A stretch of 64,000 bases of DNA from the human T2T-CHM13v2.0 reference genome, Homo sapiens (GCF_009914755.1 NC_060939.1), one strand, 5' to 3'; shown: positions 42,078 through 55,088, counted from the stretch's first letter. Notes: generated by a model not told the origin, from the letters alone. Translations and numbers: made by a program.

Positions 42078-42288
42078 CAGCACTGTCCAGTAGAACTCTC
42101 TGTAATAATGGAAATGTGCGTATCCCCTCTTTTCAATATGGTAGCTCCTACCTCCAGGTGAATATTTAGCACTTGGAATCTGGCTAGTGTGACTTAGGAA
42201 AAATAGAATTTGAAATTGTACTTAATTTTAATTAATTTAAATTTAAGTAGCCACATGTGGCTAATAGTAGCTGCATTGGGCAGTGTAG
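42078..42288. mobile_element. MER3 hAT MITE
   Basis: cagcactgtccagtagaactctctgtaataatggaaatgt...ttaattttaattaatttaaatttaagtagccacatgtggcta...ttgggcagtgtag. Confidence 0.85.
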
Positions 42289-44151
42289 CTACAAATGTCT
42301 CTGAACCATGATTTTGTTGAATGAAAAATTAGCTGTCTTCATTTCGTCTCACCTCTCCTCTCTCTTTCATTTTACAACCTTCATTATCTGTACCTTTACC
42401 ATTTATATTGCCCAAATCAGAACTACCAGTGTGCTATCCATAAGTATAGTTAAACCTTCCATGGTATGTCGAAGGTCAGTCCTAATGCAGAACATTAAGA
42501 AACTATATTTATATTATTATGAATTTAGTTTCTTTCATAGCTTTCTTCACAATTTTTAATTTTTTGTTGATTTGTCTCTCTTGCTGAATTATACATCTAA
42601 TGAAAGTGAGCATGTTGTCCACCTTTTTCAATATTATACCTTCAGAGCCCAACAGAATGATTATCACAAAAATAGATGTTTTGTGAATGTTGAATGGTTG
42701 ATCATGTATTATTTATTCTTCTTCAAATATTTTAGTGCACCCTAATAGAATCAGTAAATGCTCCTCGAGTGAATTGGTGTTAATAGAAAATGTTTTCATT
42801 GTCATTTAGGGCAACTATTACTCCATGAAATATTTTATTTTTTTCTCTATATACATAATCTGTGATGGTGTTTCCAAATGATCTGAGTTGGAAATTCCTC
42901 TACTACTAACATATAATAATGAAAATAATCTAAAGAATCTAAAAAATTAGTTTGTTATTTTTGTGTGGTACGTGATGTAATTTTAAGTAAACATTTTATT
43001 TTTATAGTTAGCAAACTGTTGTATTATAAATCTCATTTTAATAACTGCTTAGTGATAGAGATAATATGTAGATTTTTAAATTAACGAGTAATACATATTC
43101 TTTAAATACATTTTGTAATATAAAATGTGATTTGAGATTATATTTTTTACAAATGACATATAATAGTTTATTTGAATTTAGGGTGAAAGTACATGTAAAT
43201 ATATATTGAAATTTAACAATGTGTTAAAAGATCAAAATTGGGGGAAATAATTTCGTGTTTCTTCTTTAAATTGTTTGCATTTTACACTTTGAAAATCCAA
43301 TTGATATATAGATAGACAGATAGATAGATACGTGTGTTTATATATGTACGTACTCATACAATCTTCCTTTCAAATGTTAAGAGAACACATAAACACACAC
43401 ACATACATACATACTTACATACATATAATTTTCCTTTCAAATGTTAAGATAAAGGCCTTTCAAGATTTCAAGATGACATTGGTAGGTAATTCTTAGTAAC
43501 TAATTGGTACAGGAACAGATAGTCTTTATTGCTAATAAGAAATCAATGTTTTTCATTATTGCTGTAATTGTTTTTTATCCAGCATTTTATTTTGAAATTC
43601 CAGATGTGCTATATAAGGATTTCTTTTTGGCAGAGAAATAAAAACTACAACCTTGGTGAATAGAAATGTGTATAGATGTTCATAGTTAGCATTTTTCCAC
43701 TTTATTCATTAACTATATTTGAACATCATAATTCCACTTGCTTTCCTGTATTTACTCATGCTTTATGACTAACAGTCATAACGTTTAAAACCATCGAGGG
43801 CTAATAGGCTGAGAAAAGCAATAAACAGTTTGAGCTGTGAATGAGTTATAAAGCTCTCTTTCCTGATCACTATTGACTATTGCCCATACACAATACACAG
43901 TCAGACCTCCTAAGCTACAATATTAAAAAATGCCAAAATAATTATATTATTTATTGATATAAAAATCGAAAGTGGTGCCATTATTAAAAAGGCAAATCTC
44001 CTGGAACATCTTTTCAAATGGTTGGGTGTTTCTGAATCATAAGTGGGAACTACCATGTCATGGTATTCCATGATTGATTTAAAAACTAACTCCTTTATTC
44101 ATTATATATGAATGATTCCATAAAAGAGACAATTCTATAGCATGACATTTA

Positions 44152-44271
44152 ACAAACCAAATCCTGATATAGTACATAACTGGATTGGATCTGCATGTTT
44201 ACCTATGTACTGTGGGATTTGTCTTTTATGAGTTACCAGTTCAGAGACTAGTTCATCTTTGGTTGTATAGG
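44152..44271 (+). repeat. Dispersed direct repeat, copy 1 (120 bp)
   Basis: Homologous to 45828-45988; the 90-bp core has 5 mismatches. Confidence 0.92.
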
Positions 44272-44761
44272 ATGTTAGGATCTCAGTTGGCATTCACAGT
44301 TAAATCATGCACCTTCAGGAACTGGGAGCATTTTGATCCAGAGTCACAATCATTCCTTTCTTATCTTCATCCCTATGGTATGTGTGTTCTGAAGTTTAAC
44401 TGACAGATGGCAGCTGGTACCAGATATTATATTTTAAATATTATTAGCTGTGTGTGAACTGCTGGTTTGCACTAAGCAGATCCCTCAGAGGTTCAGAGAC
44501 ACTGTCAGGTTATGCTAACATGTTGCCCACACAATTAGGCAAACAACTCATTTTCATATAAACTGACTTGTCATCAACTAAAAGCTCAACAGCAGGTTTG
44601 ACTGAAGATTTGTTTCACTGGAAGGCATAACATTCCACCTTCTTCTCATGGGTCCTTCTTGTCTCAGGCTCTTGTCTTGTACATGGAACCACACTGCACG
44701 GCACCCTGGCTGTTTCTGCCCTGCACAAACAGTGCCTATCTTTGGATTTCTTTCCTTTCAG

Positions 44762-44936
44762 AATTATCTGAACTTCATTACCCTGGGTAACTCATCCCTT
44801 GGGTCTCTATGTGTTCTCAACCAGCAGTGCTGTGACAAGTCAAATTTGCTAGGAAGATAATGGATAACAGCATCCAATGGCACTGCTGTATCTAAAACAC
44901 TGCGTCCCTGGTTACCGAATTTCATTCCGGTGGCAG
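44762..44936 (+). other. Candidate non-coding exon (175 nt)
   Basis: Acceptor atctttggatttctttcctttcag| and donor CAG|gtaagg. Stop codons occur in all three frames. No transcript evidence available. Confidence 0.35.
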
Positions 44937-45827
44937 GTAAGGGAAATGAAGGTTTGGATCATGGTGTCTTCCCTAGTACTGACAACACTATTGTAAACAC
45001 TCTGTTCTCCCCATGAATAGGGTCAATCTTACCTAAGTTCCTATAGTAGGAATGGCACATTTAACATGTCAGCTCTGACTTTCTGTGGCTGCTACCCTAA
45101 GTATTATGAGCCTATGTCATGCTCGTTAGGAAAAGTGCTGTCAGCAGTGTCTGAGTATGGGGAGGGGGAGATTACTTGCCAAACTTTGAAATCTCTGTTC
45201 TAAATAGTGTAGTTAAATACGTGTCATAATTTTGTTCATATAGTGCAGTCTACATTTGCTAAAGCTGTGTTGCCTTTGAAACTGACATGTAATGATTCCC
45301 TCTGGGAATTTAATAGCTAAATTCATTTTTGTTTGGTCTATAATGGGCTTTTCCACTCTATTTATAATAAACAACATCAATGCAACTTTTTTTCAAGAGA
45401 AGGGTGGGATGGAGAGGTTAAGTGACAATATTGATGATGATCCTTTGTCAGGTAAACTCCCTTTAGATGAAACATCATGAAAAACTTTGTAACAGTACCA
45501 TCGAGTCAATGCTGTCTTTAAGGTCCAGCCCAGACATGAGCAATAGCCATGAAATTCATGTTTGCCCACATACTTTGGTCACCATTGCTCTTTGCCCACC
45601 TAATGAAGAGCAGATGCATAGAAAGCATGGCTTGATTTTAATCATGGTTTAGGATCTATTCTACTGCTATTTGGTGTTGGATTTTAATTGGATAGTGGCA
45701 AACGAGCTGGTAAAGAAAGATTCTCAGTCTGAATATTTTCTAAGTGGCAAAATCTGTCACTTTTCTGCTCTTTCTGCTAAAATGTAACTGTTCAGTTTCT
45801 TCATTCTCTTTTCTTCTAATATGTGTT

Positions 45828-45988
45828 ACAAACCAAATCCTGACCTGGTACCTAACTGAAGAATATAGGCAGTTTTAAAGTCTTCACTTTTTGACTTGGG
45901 ATTGGATGTGCATGTTTACCTATGTACTGCGGAATTTGTCTTTTATGAGTTACCAGTTCAGAGACCAGTTCATCTTTGATTGTATAGG
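45828..45988 (+). repeat. Dispersed direct repeat, copy 2 (161 bp, with 41 extra nt)
   Basis: Homologous to 44152-44271. Confidence 0.92.
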
Positions 45989-46540
45989 CAGTTATACATT
46001 CGACCTTACTTTAATATTACTGGGAAATAACTTCTGTGTTTTGGCTGAATCAGTGATAGATATACAGATGTAATAATCAGAAGGCAAACCACAAAGCAAC
46101 TTACTTTAAAAGGATAATCTAGATACCAAATCTCAGAAGAAATCATTTGGGAATCTGAACACTAGGGCCCCAAGTCAAAAACCATACAATTCTCTTGACT
46201 CTGTCTTGCTAAATCAGTCTGCAAGGGCCAACGTCTGATTTGCCTTCTTGGGCCTACTTCCATTAGTGTGGGAGGTCTTAGCAACATATTAGGACAACTG
46301 TTCAATGCATATCCCATGGAGTACAGAAAGGGGGAGCATCTGAATGTGTCCTAGGGAATAAAACTGGTAAAGGATACGCTTTGACTCTGCTGTCTCCTTT
46401 AGAGCCCCTGCCCCCCCTCAATAAATTCATTTTCTCTTTGATAGGTCTAAGAAATTCCCAGAGAAATGTCATGGTTTCTGATGAGGCTGAAAGATCTTAC
46501 AGGTCTATGAAGGACATAAGATATAATCCTTAACTCTCAA

Positions 46541-46696
46541 AGAGGGTTGAATAGCGTCCCCACAAGATTCATATCCACCTGGAAACTCAGAATGTGACCT
46601 TATTTGGAAATAAGGTATTTGTAGAGATAATCAATTAAGGATGAAGATGAGATCCTACTGGAATTAAGGTAGATCCTAAGACCAAAGACTGCTATC

Positions 46697-46733
<37 letters not shown>

Positions 46734-46994
46734 GAGCCCATGCACAGAATAAGGCCATGTGAAAACAGAGACAAAGATTGTAGAGATGCAGCTGTAAGAA
46801 GCACCAAGGGTTCCCGGAGGCCACCAGCAAAGCTAGGAAAAGACAAGGAAGGAGTCTTTCCTAGAGCCTGTAGAGGGAGGCTGACCCCGCCCATAACTTG
46901 ATTTTGAACTTCAAGTCTCCAGAATTCTTAAAGAATAAATTTCTGTGGTTTTTAAGTCTGTGATAACTTACGGCAGCCCTGGGAAACTAACACA
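46541..46994 (+). mobile_element. MLT1B LTR with internal A29 expansion (46702-46730)
   Basis: ggttgaatagcgtccccc...cagaatgtgaccttatttggaaataagg...gaataaatttctgt...gcagccctgggaaactaacaca. Confidence 0.87.
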
Positions 46995-47009
46995 ATCATC
47001 TGGTTGGAG

Positions 47010-48090
47010 TCTCCTTCCTCTGGATTTTGGGACCCTGCTTTCATCCAACTTCCCACCTACCTTTCTAGCCACCCCTCACTTTCTTCTGCCATTCCTTTTC
47101 CTCTACCCACAGCTTAAATGATGGCACTCCTCAGAATTCTGTCCTTGGATTTTCTCACTGTACATTCCCTTGGTAATCTTATCCAATCTCATAGTTTTAA
47201 ACTCCACTTCTCAGTTCACACACATAAAGCTACAATCAGACCTCTCTCTTTAGAGTGACTTTTAATGTCTTATTAGATATCAACAACTGATGTCAAAAAT
47301 ACATACTTAAAACTCATTTTTAAACTCCCTTTCTATTCTTTATTATTCTCCTTTACTTTTCCTTCTACCCCTCATCCTTTATTTCCTATATATTTTCATG
47401 CATCACTTTTGATCCAATGACAAATTACAAAAGTCAAAAACCTGAGTCATCCGAGAACCCCTATCCCCCACTTCCTGCTTATTGCCAATGTCTTAGCAAG
47501 CCCTGTTTGTTTTATTATTTGAAACTGCCCTGAATCCACCATCTTCCTAGATCAGGTCCTTAGCAACTTTGTCTTACCTGCTTGGCGTGGTTTTCCATCA
47601 ATCTAACCGCTCTCTAAACCATCCCATAACGCTGCAATTGTCACCGTATTTCTAAAATCTAACTATGATAGAATATTTCCCTGCTTAGAATCCTTCAAGG
47701 GCTCTCAATTACCCAAAGGTTCAAACCACTTAGAATGGCTTGGCCATCTTCATGTCCCACTATTTCCCCATCTTCTAATTGGACTGTGGTCATATCAAAC
47801 AGCCTTCCATTCTCTGAATGTGCACTGGACTTTCAAACATCTCCAGGCCCCTGTTAGTTCTGTTCTAGCTTTTGAAATGCCCTTCCTCCTTCCCATGTTT
47901 ATTTGGCTCCCTCCTGTTTCTTCCAGACTCTTGATGTCTCCCAGAAGGCTTCACTTCCCCATTCCATTGTGAATGCCCCTCTCCTGGGTTACCACAGCTC
48001 CCTACACAAGCCCTTACCTCCCTTCCTTGCATTGGTCATTTCTGACCTGCAAGTCTCACCAGACTATGAGGTCCATGAGATAGAGATAGT
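47010..48090 (+). mobile_element. L2 (LINE-2) 3' region
   Basis: Pyrimidine-rich L2 motifs: tcctcagaattctgtccttgg, aaaaacctgagtcatcc, tccctgcttagaatccttcaagggctct, ccagactatgaggtccatgag. Confidence 0.75.
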
Positions 48091-49579
48091 GATCAATTTA
48101 CAGTCAATGAATATTTTAGAAATAATGAGAAATAAGGAACATATATTAAAATATTTAACAAATATACAGTAGTCTATGTGTCAGTGTAATAATATAGTAT
48201 AATAAAATAATAAGTTTAAGAGAAACATCAAAGGTTGCTGGGCTGGAATAAAGACTGGGAGAAGGTGAGACTTGATGTGGGCTTTGAAGAAACAGTAGGA
48301 CTTAAATAAGTAGCTTGTGATATTCTAGACAAAATAAATAGAGTGAATTTGGCATTAGAATTCCATAAGCTGATGGATTTCAACTGCAACTGGCAGATAG
48401 TTTCTTTACCTTGACACTGGTGACTTTGAAGTGACAGGCTGGTATGATCTAATGTAGTTGTTAAGTCCATGAATGAAAGTGTTGTTCTTGGAGTGCTTCT
48501 GGTTACAGAAGATGTCTGAAAAAGGTAAAATAAGAAAAGAAAATTAAAAACAACAACAACAACAATCTTTCCAGTGAGGCAATGTTCAGAAGAGCCAGAA
48601 TCTTAGCTCATGGGTTCAAATGCAACATGGATTTCCATGGGACATTTAAGTTACCCCTTAGCCTATTAAATTGCTTCCTCTATGAACCATGGAAAATGAA
48701 AACCAATTAGCATCAGTTGGGAAAGGGACTTGGGTTGGGAAAAGGACTTGAGAATTTCCTCTTGTGGTTTAATTCGGGTCTCAGAATAGCAGTACTGCAG
48801 GTTTGAGCATCCAATTTCATACTTTATATTCTATATTAAGCATCAAATGGAGCAAAATTTTAATTCCTTTGGATAAAACTGACAATACATCTAGGTGTTT
48901 GCTGTTGCTTCTCCCATTAAAAAAAGCTGCACTGGGGAGCAAGCATGTCGAAAGGGCTCTTATGGATGGCCTATTGCATGCCCTTGAAAGATGCGCATTG
49001 TGAAAAATATGAAATTGTTTCAGATTCCTCTCAAGTAACAATACAATTTAATCATACTTAGTCTCATCTAATACAAAGCCCTTTTTGCTGAATAAAGTCC
49101 TAGCAAGGCTCTAAGGATGTAAGACATAAACAAAGATGAAAGTACTTATCATAAAATTTGCATTTCATACATGGTAGAATCAGATGACTACATGAGAAGA
49201 GAAATAGCAACTTATTTCAATCCTGCCACTTCTCTTAAGTTCTGTTCCCAACGAACAAACTTTATAAGGATTTCCATGAATGGGCCAAGGAATATCAGAC
49301 GACATAACTTTCAACAAGGTGAGTGAATGCAGACTAAGGGGTGAAGCAAAAATGTCCTTTTTCTTCATTTCTCTTTCAATCTTTTTTCTTCCTGGGAAAC
49401 AGCTAGGCCTTCTATTTTTTTTTTAAGATAACATACAGATTATCTATATAAGAATTCAGTAGTTCTCATATTTATTATAAACAATAGAATCTACAAGGAT
49501 TTTGCCTTGTCCATGAGTCAACTTTGTAAGTCATCTTTGTCTTTGATTTTCCAATAAGAATCCATTAAAAATCAATTCA

Positions 49580-49888
49580 GGCTGGGTGTGGTGGCTCACG
49601 CCTGTCATCCCAGCACTGTGGGAGGCCGAGGCAGGAGGATCACGAGGTCAAGAGATTGAGACCAGCCTGGCCAACACGGTGAAAACCCGTCTCTACTAAA
49701 AATACAAAAATTAGCTGGGTGTGGTGGCGGATGCCTGTAATCCCAGCTACTCAGGAGGCTAAGGCAGCACAATCACTTAAACCCAGGAGGTGGAGTTTAC
49801 AGTGAGCCGAGATACTGCATGCCAGCCTGGCAAGAGAGCAAGACTCCATATCAAAAAACAAAAACAAACAAACAAAGAAACACAAAAC
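49580..49888 (+). mobile_element. Alu, AluSc-like
   Basis: ggatcacgaggtcaagagattgagacc, with a small right-arm deletion. TSD AATCAATTCA(G) at 49570-49579 and 49889-49898. Confidence 0.93.
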
Positions 49889-50008
49889 AATCAATTCAGC
49901 AGGCCTCAAAGGAAATATCTGATGTAGTCTTTGATCTGATGGAATTTGGGGAGAAATATTTGATATGTTCCAAGGAAACCAGTAGAGGCAGAGTTAATTT
50001 CAGCTTCC

Positions 50009-50074
50009 CAGATATTAAATGTTTCTCACCAAATTTAAAATGTTTCTCTCAGATATAAAATGTTTCTCACCAAA
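50009..50074 (+). repeat. Minisatellite, ~3 x 21 bp
   Basis: cagatattaaatgtttctcac / caaatttaaaatgtttctct / cagatataaaatgtttctcac. Confidence 0.88.
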
Positions 50075-51792
50075 ACAATAATTTTGCCCCTAGTGAAGGA
50101 ATCTGTTGTACGTTCAACACTTCTACATCTATGGGTGATTGTTATTTTATGGTTTCAGAATGTTTCTCCCTAACATGTAGGTGTCACATCTTACCATTCT
50201 TCAGTGATACGCAGGTACCTCCCCCTCCTTGAAACCTCTTGGCTACTACTATGTCAGCCCCTGCTCATTCTTCCATAGTACTGATTAGCTGCACCACACA
50301 TTTTAGTATAATCTGGGATGCCCAGTGATCAAACCACCTAGGTCATTCTAGTGCATAAATTATTATTCCTATTTTACAAACAAAGAAAATGGTCTTAAAC
50401 ATCTCTCAAACCTAAGTTAGAAAATCAAATGCTGAAGAAGCATTAGGGCTTTTAGTGGTCACACTATTAGGGCTTTTATGGAGAGGAGATTTTGACATTT
50501 TCCTTCATTTTAATAAAAATAATCAAATTGTTTAAATCTCCATAAAATAAAAAAGCAGAACTTACAATAACATTTGTGCTGAATTAGGGTCTTTTGTTTT
50601 CATGCAGAAAATTTCTTTTCCACTGTATCATGTGAGAGAAACTTCACTATCTAGCAAAGCCCAGATTGTTGGAAATAGCTTGATTTCTGATTTTTTTTAA
50701 CCACTGGGAGTGGGTGGAGGAGACTCCATATTAGTGTAGGATCAATCATGGCTGATGAGACTACAAATACTTGGTGATTGCTACCATTTTAATTAAAAGT
50801 CTGAACTCATTACATGGAGCAAAGAAACAGAAACTTTTAGAAAAGGGAGCACAGAAAATCAACTCCATATATTAATGCATTCTCAATATATAAAGCTTTG
50901 GTTTCTGTTTATTTTTCTTCTCTGGAAACATAAGGACCATTTAATAAATGATTGCTAAGATGATTTATACAAACAACTATCTACAGACCAATAAGTATCT
51001 TCTACAATGACATCTCCTCATTGCTTTATAACATCATAAAAGGATGTGTATCCATTGGACAAACAGAGATGTTAGTATAGTGAAGATATGAAGGAGAGCC
51101 TCAGATATATTAATGTTTTATTTTTTCCTTTTTGGCATAAATTGACACATAATGTCCCTATAAATTTGTAAGCTTTGGCAGGGGGAGCAAAAATCATATT
51201 TTTACTTTTGGGAGCTTTTTGTAGTGGGAGACAGAAATAAATCTAAGAAAGAAAAATTGGGAAAAGAGTTGAAAAACAGGAACTGATTATATTATCACCT
51301 AATATAGGTAAAACCATTTTTGTTGGTTGAAGCTAACAAAAGCATTACACAGTTTATTCATAAAATGATCATGCCCTGGAAGGGACATAATAATATTCGG
51401 AAAGTTTATCTGTGGAAAGAATTTTTGACCCACTCAGAACAAAAGATTGCACTGTAGGACAAGTTTATGCTCTGCCAGGAAGTGAAGCAAACATGTGGGC
51501 TATTGGGTGAGTTAAGGTGGGAAGATAAACTGCTTTAGTTATTTTCTTTTTAAATATTGAAGTGTATTCTGGTGGAGTTTATTTTTTTCATCTTGAGTGG
51601 TAACCCGAAGGTTTGGTGAATGTACATAAAGATATAGATACACACATAAATATGCATTTGTGTGATTCAGCTACCAGCTATGATGTGCTAGAGAGTGGAG
51701 CTACGGATACAATGAGGAAACCCCCACAAGAGCGATCCTAAGGGAGGAAAAAAAAAAACACACACACAGAAGGTGGATAAAGATACAGGAGG

Positions 51793-52212
<420 letters not shown>

Positions 52213-52762
52213 TTAGGTACCTAGGGGAACATGAGGTATCTGGGAACCAGGTCTAAATGAATGGAAGAAAAAGAATCCCTAGCATTGCTGACCACTTTGA
52301 TCCTAGGTTCTGAAAAGTTGGCTAGTCCCCATCTTTCCCATTTTATAAATGGAAAGGCATGAAGATTTCAACGTCTGTGGTTTCCCAACATTTCTCCTTT
52401 CTGAAGAAGGAGCCAGACCTGCCAGGAAGTTATTGAGTTGGTCCAATGACCTATTAAAATGCAATCTTTTTTTAGAGCCCTTTAAAAGGTGACAGAGAAA
52501 TCAAGGTTACCAACAGCACAGATTATAAATACCACAAACGGAATCACTCTCCAGATCTCATGAAAGGCAGAGCCTATAAAGTGGGCATGCCAAGATGCCG
52601 GCCCCCAGGTGTGAACTGATTTCTTAAGAGCACTGGGGAGTACATTAGGGAAGAATTTTGTCTGGATTTGGAGCCTTTGAGACTAGAACTACAAATTTGT
52701 CTAGATCCTTTAGAGACTTTAGGGGGTTACACGCTACAAAATGTAACTTCCTGTTTCTACAG

Positions 52763-52854
52763 GAAAGAAATTCTTTTAACAGGGCTAATAAAGTGAGCTC
52801 CTAATGAGGCCTCTCAGACATCAAATAGGCAGAGTAAAAACACGCTTTGATGAT
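52763..52854 (+). other. Candidate exon (92 nt)
   Basis: Acceptor gtaacttcctgtttctacag|G and donor GAT|gtaagt. No transcript evidence available. Confidence 0.25.
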
Positions 52855-53932
52855 GTAAGTGTAAGGGGATCAGAAACATCTCCTTCCCCGACAAAAAATG
52901 CTTCCTTTCAAAGCCAGGAGAGCTGAAAATTTAAGAGCAAACCACACTTTGCCAAAGCCAAGATATCTGGAACAAGATTTTGAAGATATGAAAAGATTAA
53001 GGAAAGTCTCATTAGGAACCTGCCAGAAGCCACCCAGCCTTTGTGCCTTCCCCGACTGCTTCCCAAAGACATTGTAGTTTCAACATCCTCCACCACCACA
53101 CCCTGCTTTCTTCAGTAACCTCATCTAAAAAAAAAAAAAAAAACTGTTCCAAAAACACTTCTCCAATAGTAGAGTGATCATGAGCAAATTCTTAACCCTT
53201 AACATTTTGTGGAGTCGCGTAACGCTTTGTGAATCAATGTGCATAAATTGATCATTCCACCTTCAGAAGTCATAATTTCAAGTTAGGAGTTATGAGTTTA
53301 ACACAGTTAAAGATTTCATAGTCAAAGAAGATTTCATTTCAATATTAAGAATTTCTAGCAACCAGAGTTGTTTTTAGTGGGGCAGTGGGCAAGTTGTTTC
53401 AGAAGGCAGTGAGTGTTCCAGCTCTGGAACTGAGGCTCAGGGACAACCGAAAAGGAATAACACAGGTCCTGTGTTATTTTATAGTATACATTATATTACA
53501 TTCAAATAAATTGGCAGATGTATTTAACAACCTCTGCAATTCCTTGCTACATTAATATTCTATCATGAATAAATGAAGATAAAGCAGACCACTTTTAATG
53601 TTTAATAACAAGAGATTCATTCCTCAGGAAGGGATTTAGCTATTACAGGTGTCTTTGTATAACAGCCTTCCTGGGAATGAGTTTCTAGCTATGCAGATCT
53701 ACCACCTGGTCTACCCCTTTAAACAATAGATAAACTTCGTTCTAAGTAAATAACCTCCCTTGAGAAGATCTGAAACTCCATTTTATAGTTTCAATTTTTG
53801 GAAACTTGAAGTCTTTCTGACCTCTGCAGTCTTTTAAAAAGTGGTGATACCCCTTAGAGGCATTAGAGATGTTTCTTTTAGCTATTCCTAGGTAAAGTAG
53901 GAGCCAGGAGACATTCAGGTAAACCTGTGCAG

Positions 53933-54128
53933 CAAGGTTTCTCAACCTCAGCGTTACTGACATTTTGTTGTAGGGACAGTCTTGTGCATGTAGGATGTTT
54001 AGCAGAACCCCTGGCCTCTACCCACTAGATGCTAATGGCACCTCACCTAGTCAGGGCAACCAGAAATGTCTCCAGGAAATGCCAGATGTCTCCAGGGTGG
54101 CAAAACTGCCCCCGGTTGAGAACCATTG
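53933..54128 (-). mobile_element. MER20 hAT MITE
   Basis: caaggtttctcaacctcagc...taggatgtttagcagaacccctggcctctacccactagatgc...gcccccggttgagaaccattg. Confidence 0.88.
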
Positions 54129-54317
54129 CTGCTAGAAAGGGCCGGAGGGTAGAGGCAGGTAGAGATGGTAGAGGAGAACCTGCGGTCTGAGAGGTGAGGA
54201 CATCAAAGGGAGGTATAACCAATTTCACAATACTTTTATAGGATTAGGCCTGCTTACAGAGAGTACTTTTTCATCACTCATGCTTCCTACATCTTCCTAT
54301 GCCAGGAAAATAAGTCC

Positions 54318-55088
54318 TTTTAGATGTCTCAGAAACTCCTCAGTAACCAGTAGAACATCTGTATGTACATATATATCTCTCACATAAATATAAAGCAAGG
54401 AAGGGGCTTCCCCGTTGATGTAATTGGCTAATTCCACAGGGCAGGCAGTCCGAACAGCAGCTGAAACTCTTGAACAGAAGCCGAAGCTTCAGTACACAGG
54501 CAGGAGTTCCTCCGCCGAGAAACCTCGGCTCTGTGTCAAGGTCTTCCAGCTGATGGGATCAGGCTCACCAGGTTCTTTAGGATAACCTTTACTTCTCTCT
54601 GAAATGATTTTTCAAGTGAATCACATGTACAAAATATCTTCACAGTCACACCTCAGTTAGTGTTTGATTGAATCACGGGGGTATCTTAGTCCATTCGGGC
54701 TGCTATAACAAAATACTACAAGCTGGGTAGGTCACAAGTCACAGAAATTTATTTTTCACAGTTCTACAAGCTGGGAAGTTCAAAATCAAGGCCCTGGCAG
54801 ATTCGGTGTCTGGTAAGGGTCCCTTTCCTAGATGGCCATCTTTCCAATACAACCTCACATGATGGAAGGGGTGAAGGGTGTCTCTGGGGATTCTTTTATA
54901 AGGGCACTAATCTCTTATGACCTAGTCAAAGCCCTCATGACCTAGTTACCTCCCAAAGTTCCCACTCCTAATACCATCACCTTGGGGGTGAAGATTTTAA
55001 CATGTGAATTTGAGGGGCCCATAAACATTCAGATCATAGTGTGGGGATTATAGCCTAGCCAAGGTGACACCTAAAACTGACCACTGCA
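54318..55088 (-). mobile_element. MLT2 (MLT2D/C-like) LTR split by MLT1A0
   Basis: aaggtcttccagctgatgggatcaggctcacc...atcttcacagtcacacctcagttagtgtttgattgaatcac [insert] tggggattatagcctagccaaggtgacacctaaaactgacca. Confidence 0.75.
54682..55041 (-). mobile_element. MLT1A0 LTR nested in MLT2
   Basis: tcttagtccattcgggctgctataacaaaatac...aatcaaggccctggcagattcggtgtctggt...taataccatcaccttggggg...aaacattcagatcatag. 5-bp TSD ggggg/tgggg. Confidence 0.88.

Noticed and set aside
42730-44150. AT-rich segment possibly derived from a DNA transposon coding region
   Set aside because: I could not match it to any family or recover transposase motifs, so it is left unannotated pending a Dfam search.
45859-45899. 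41-nt segment absent from repeat copy 1 as a spliced-out intron (retrocopy origin)
   Set aside because: Too short, and the boundaries cannot be placed on GT-AG on either strand to reproduce copy 1. No poly(A) follows copy 1.
46702-46730. A29 run as the tail of a retroposed insert (also T27 at 35972)
   Set aside because: It lies inside an LTR element at an A-rich position with no TSD or body, so homopolymer expansion is the simpler explanation.
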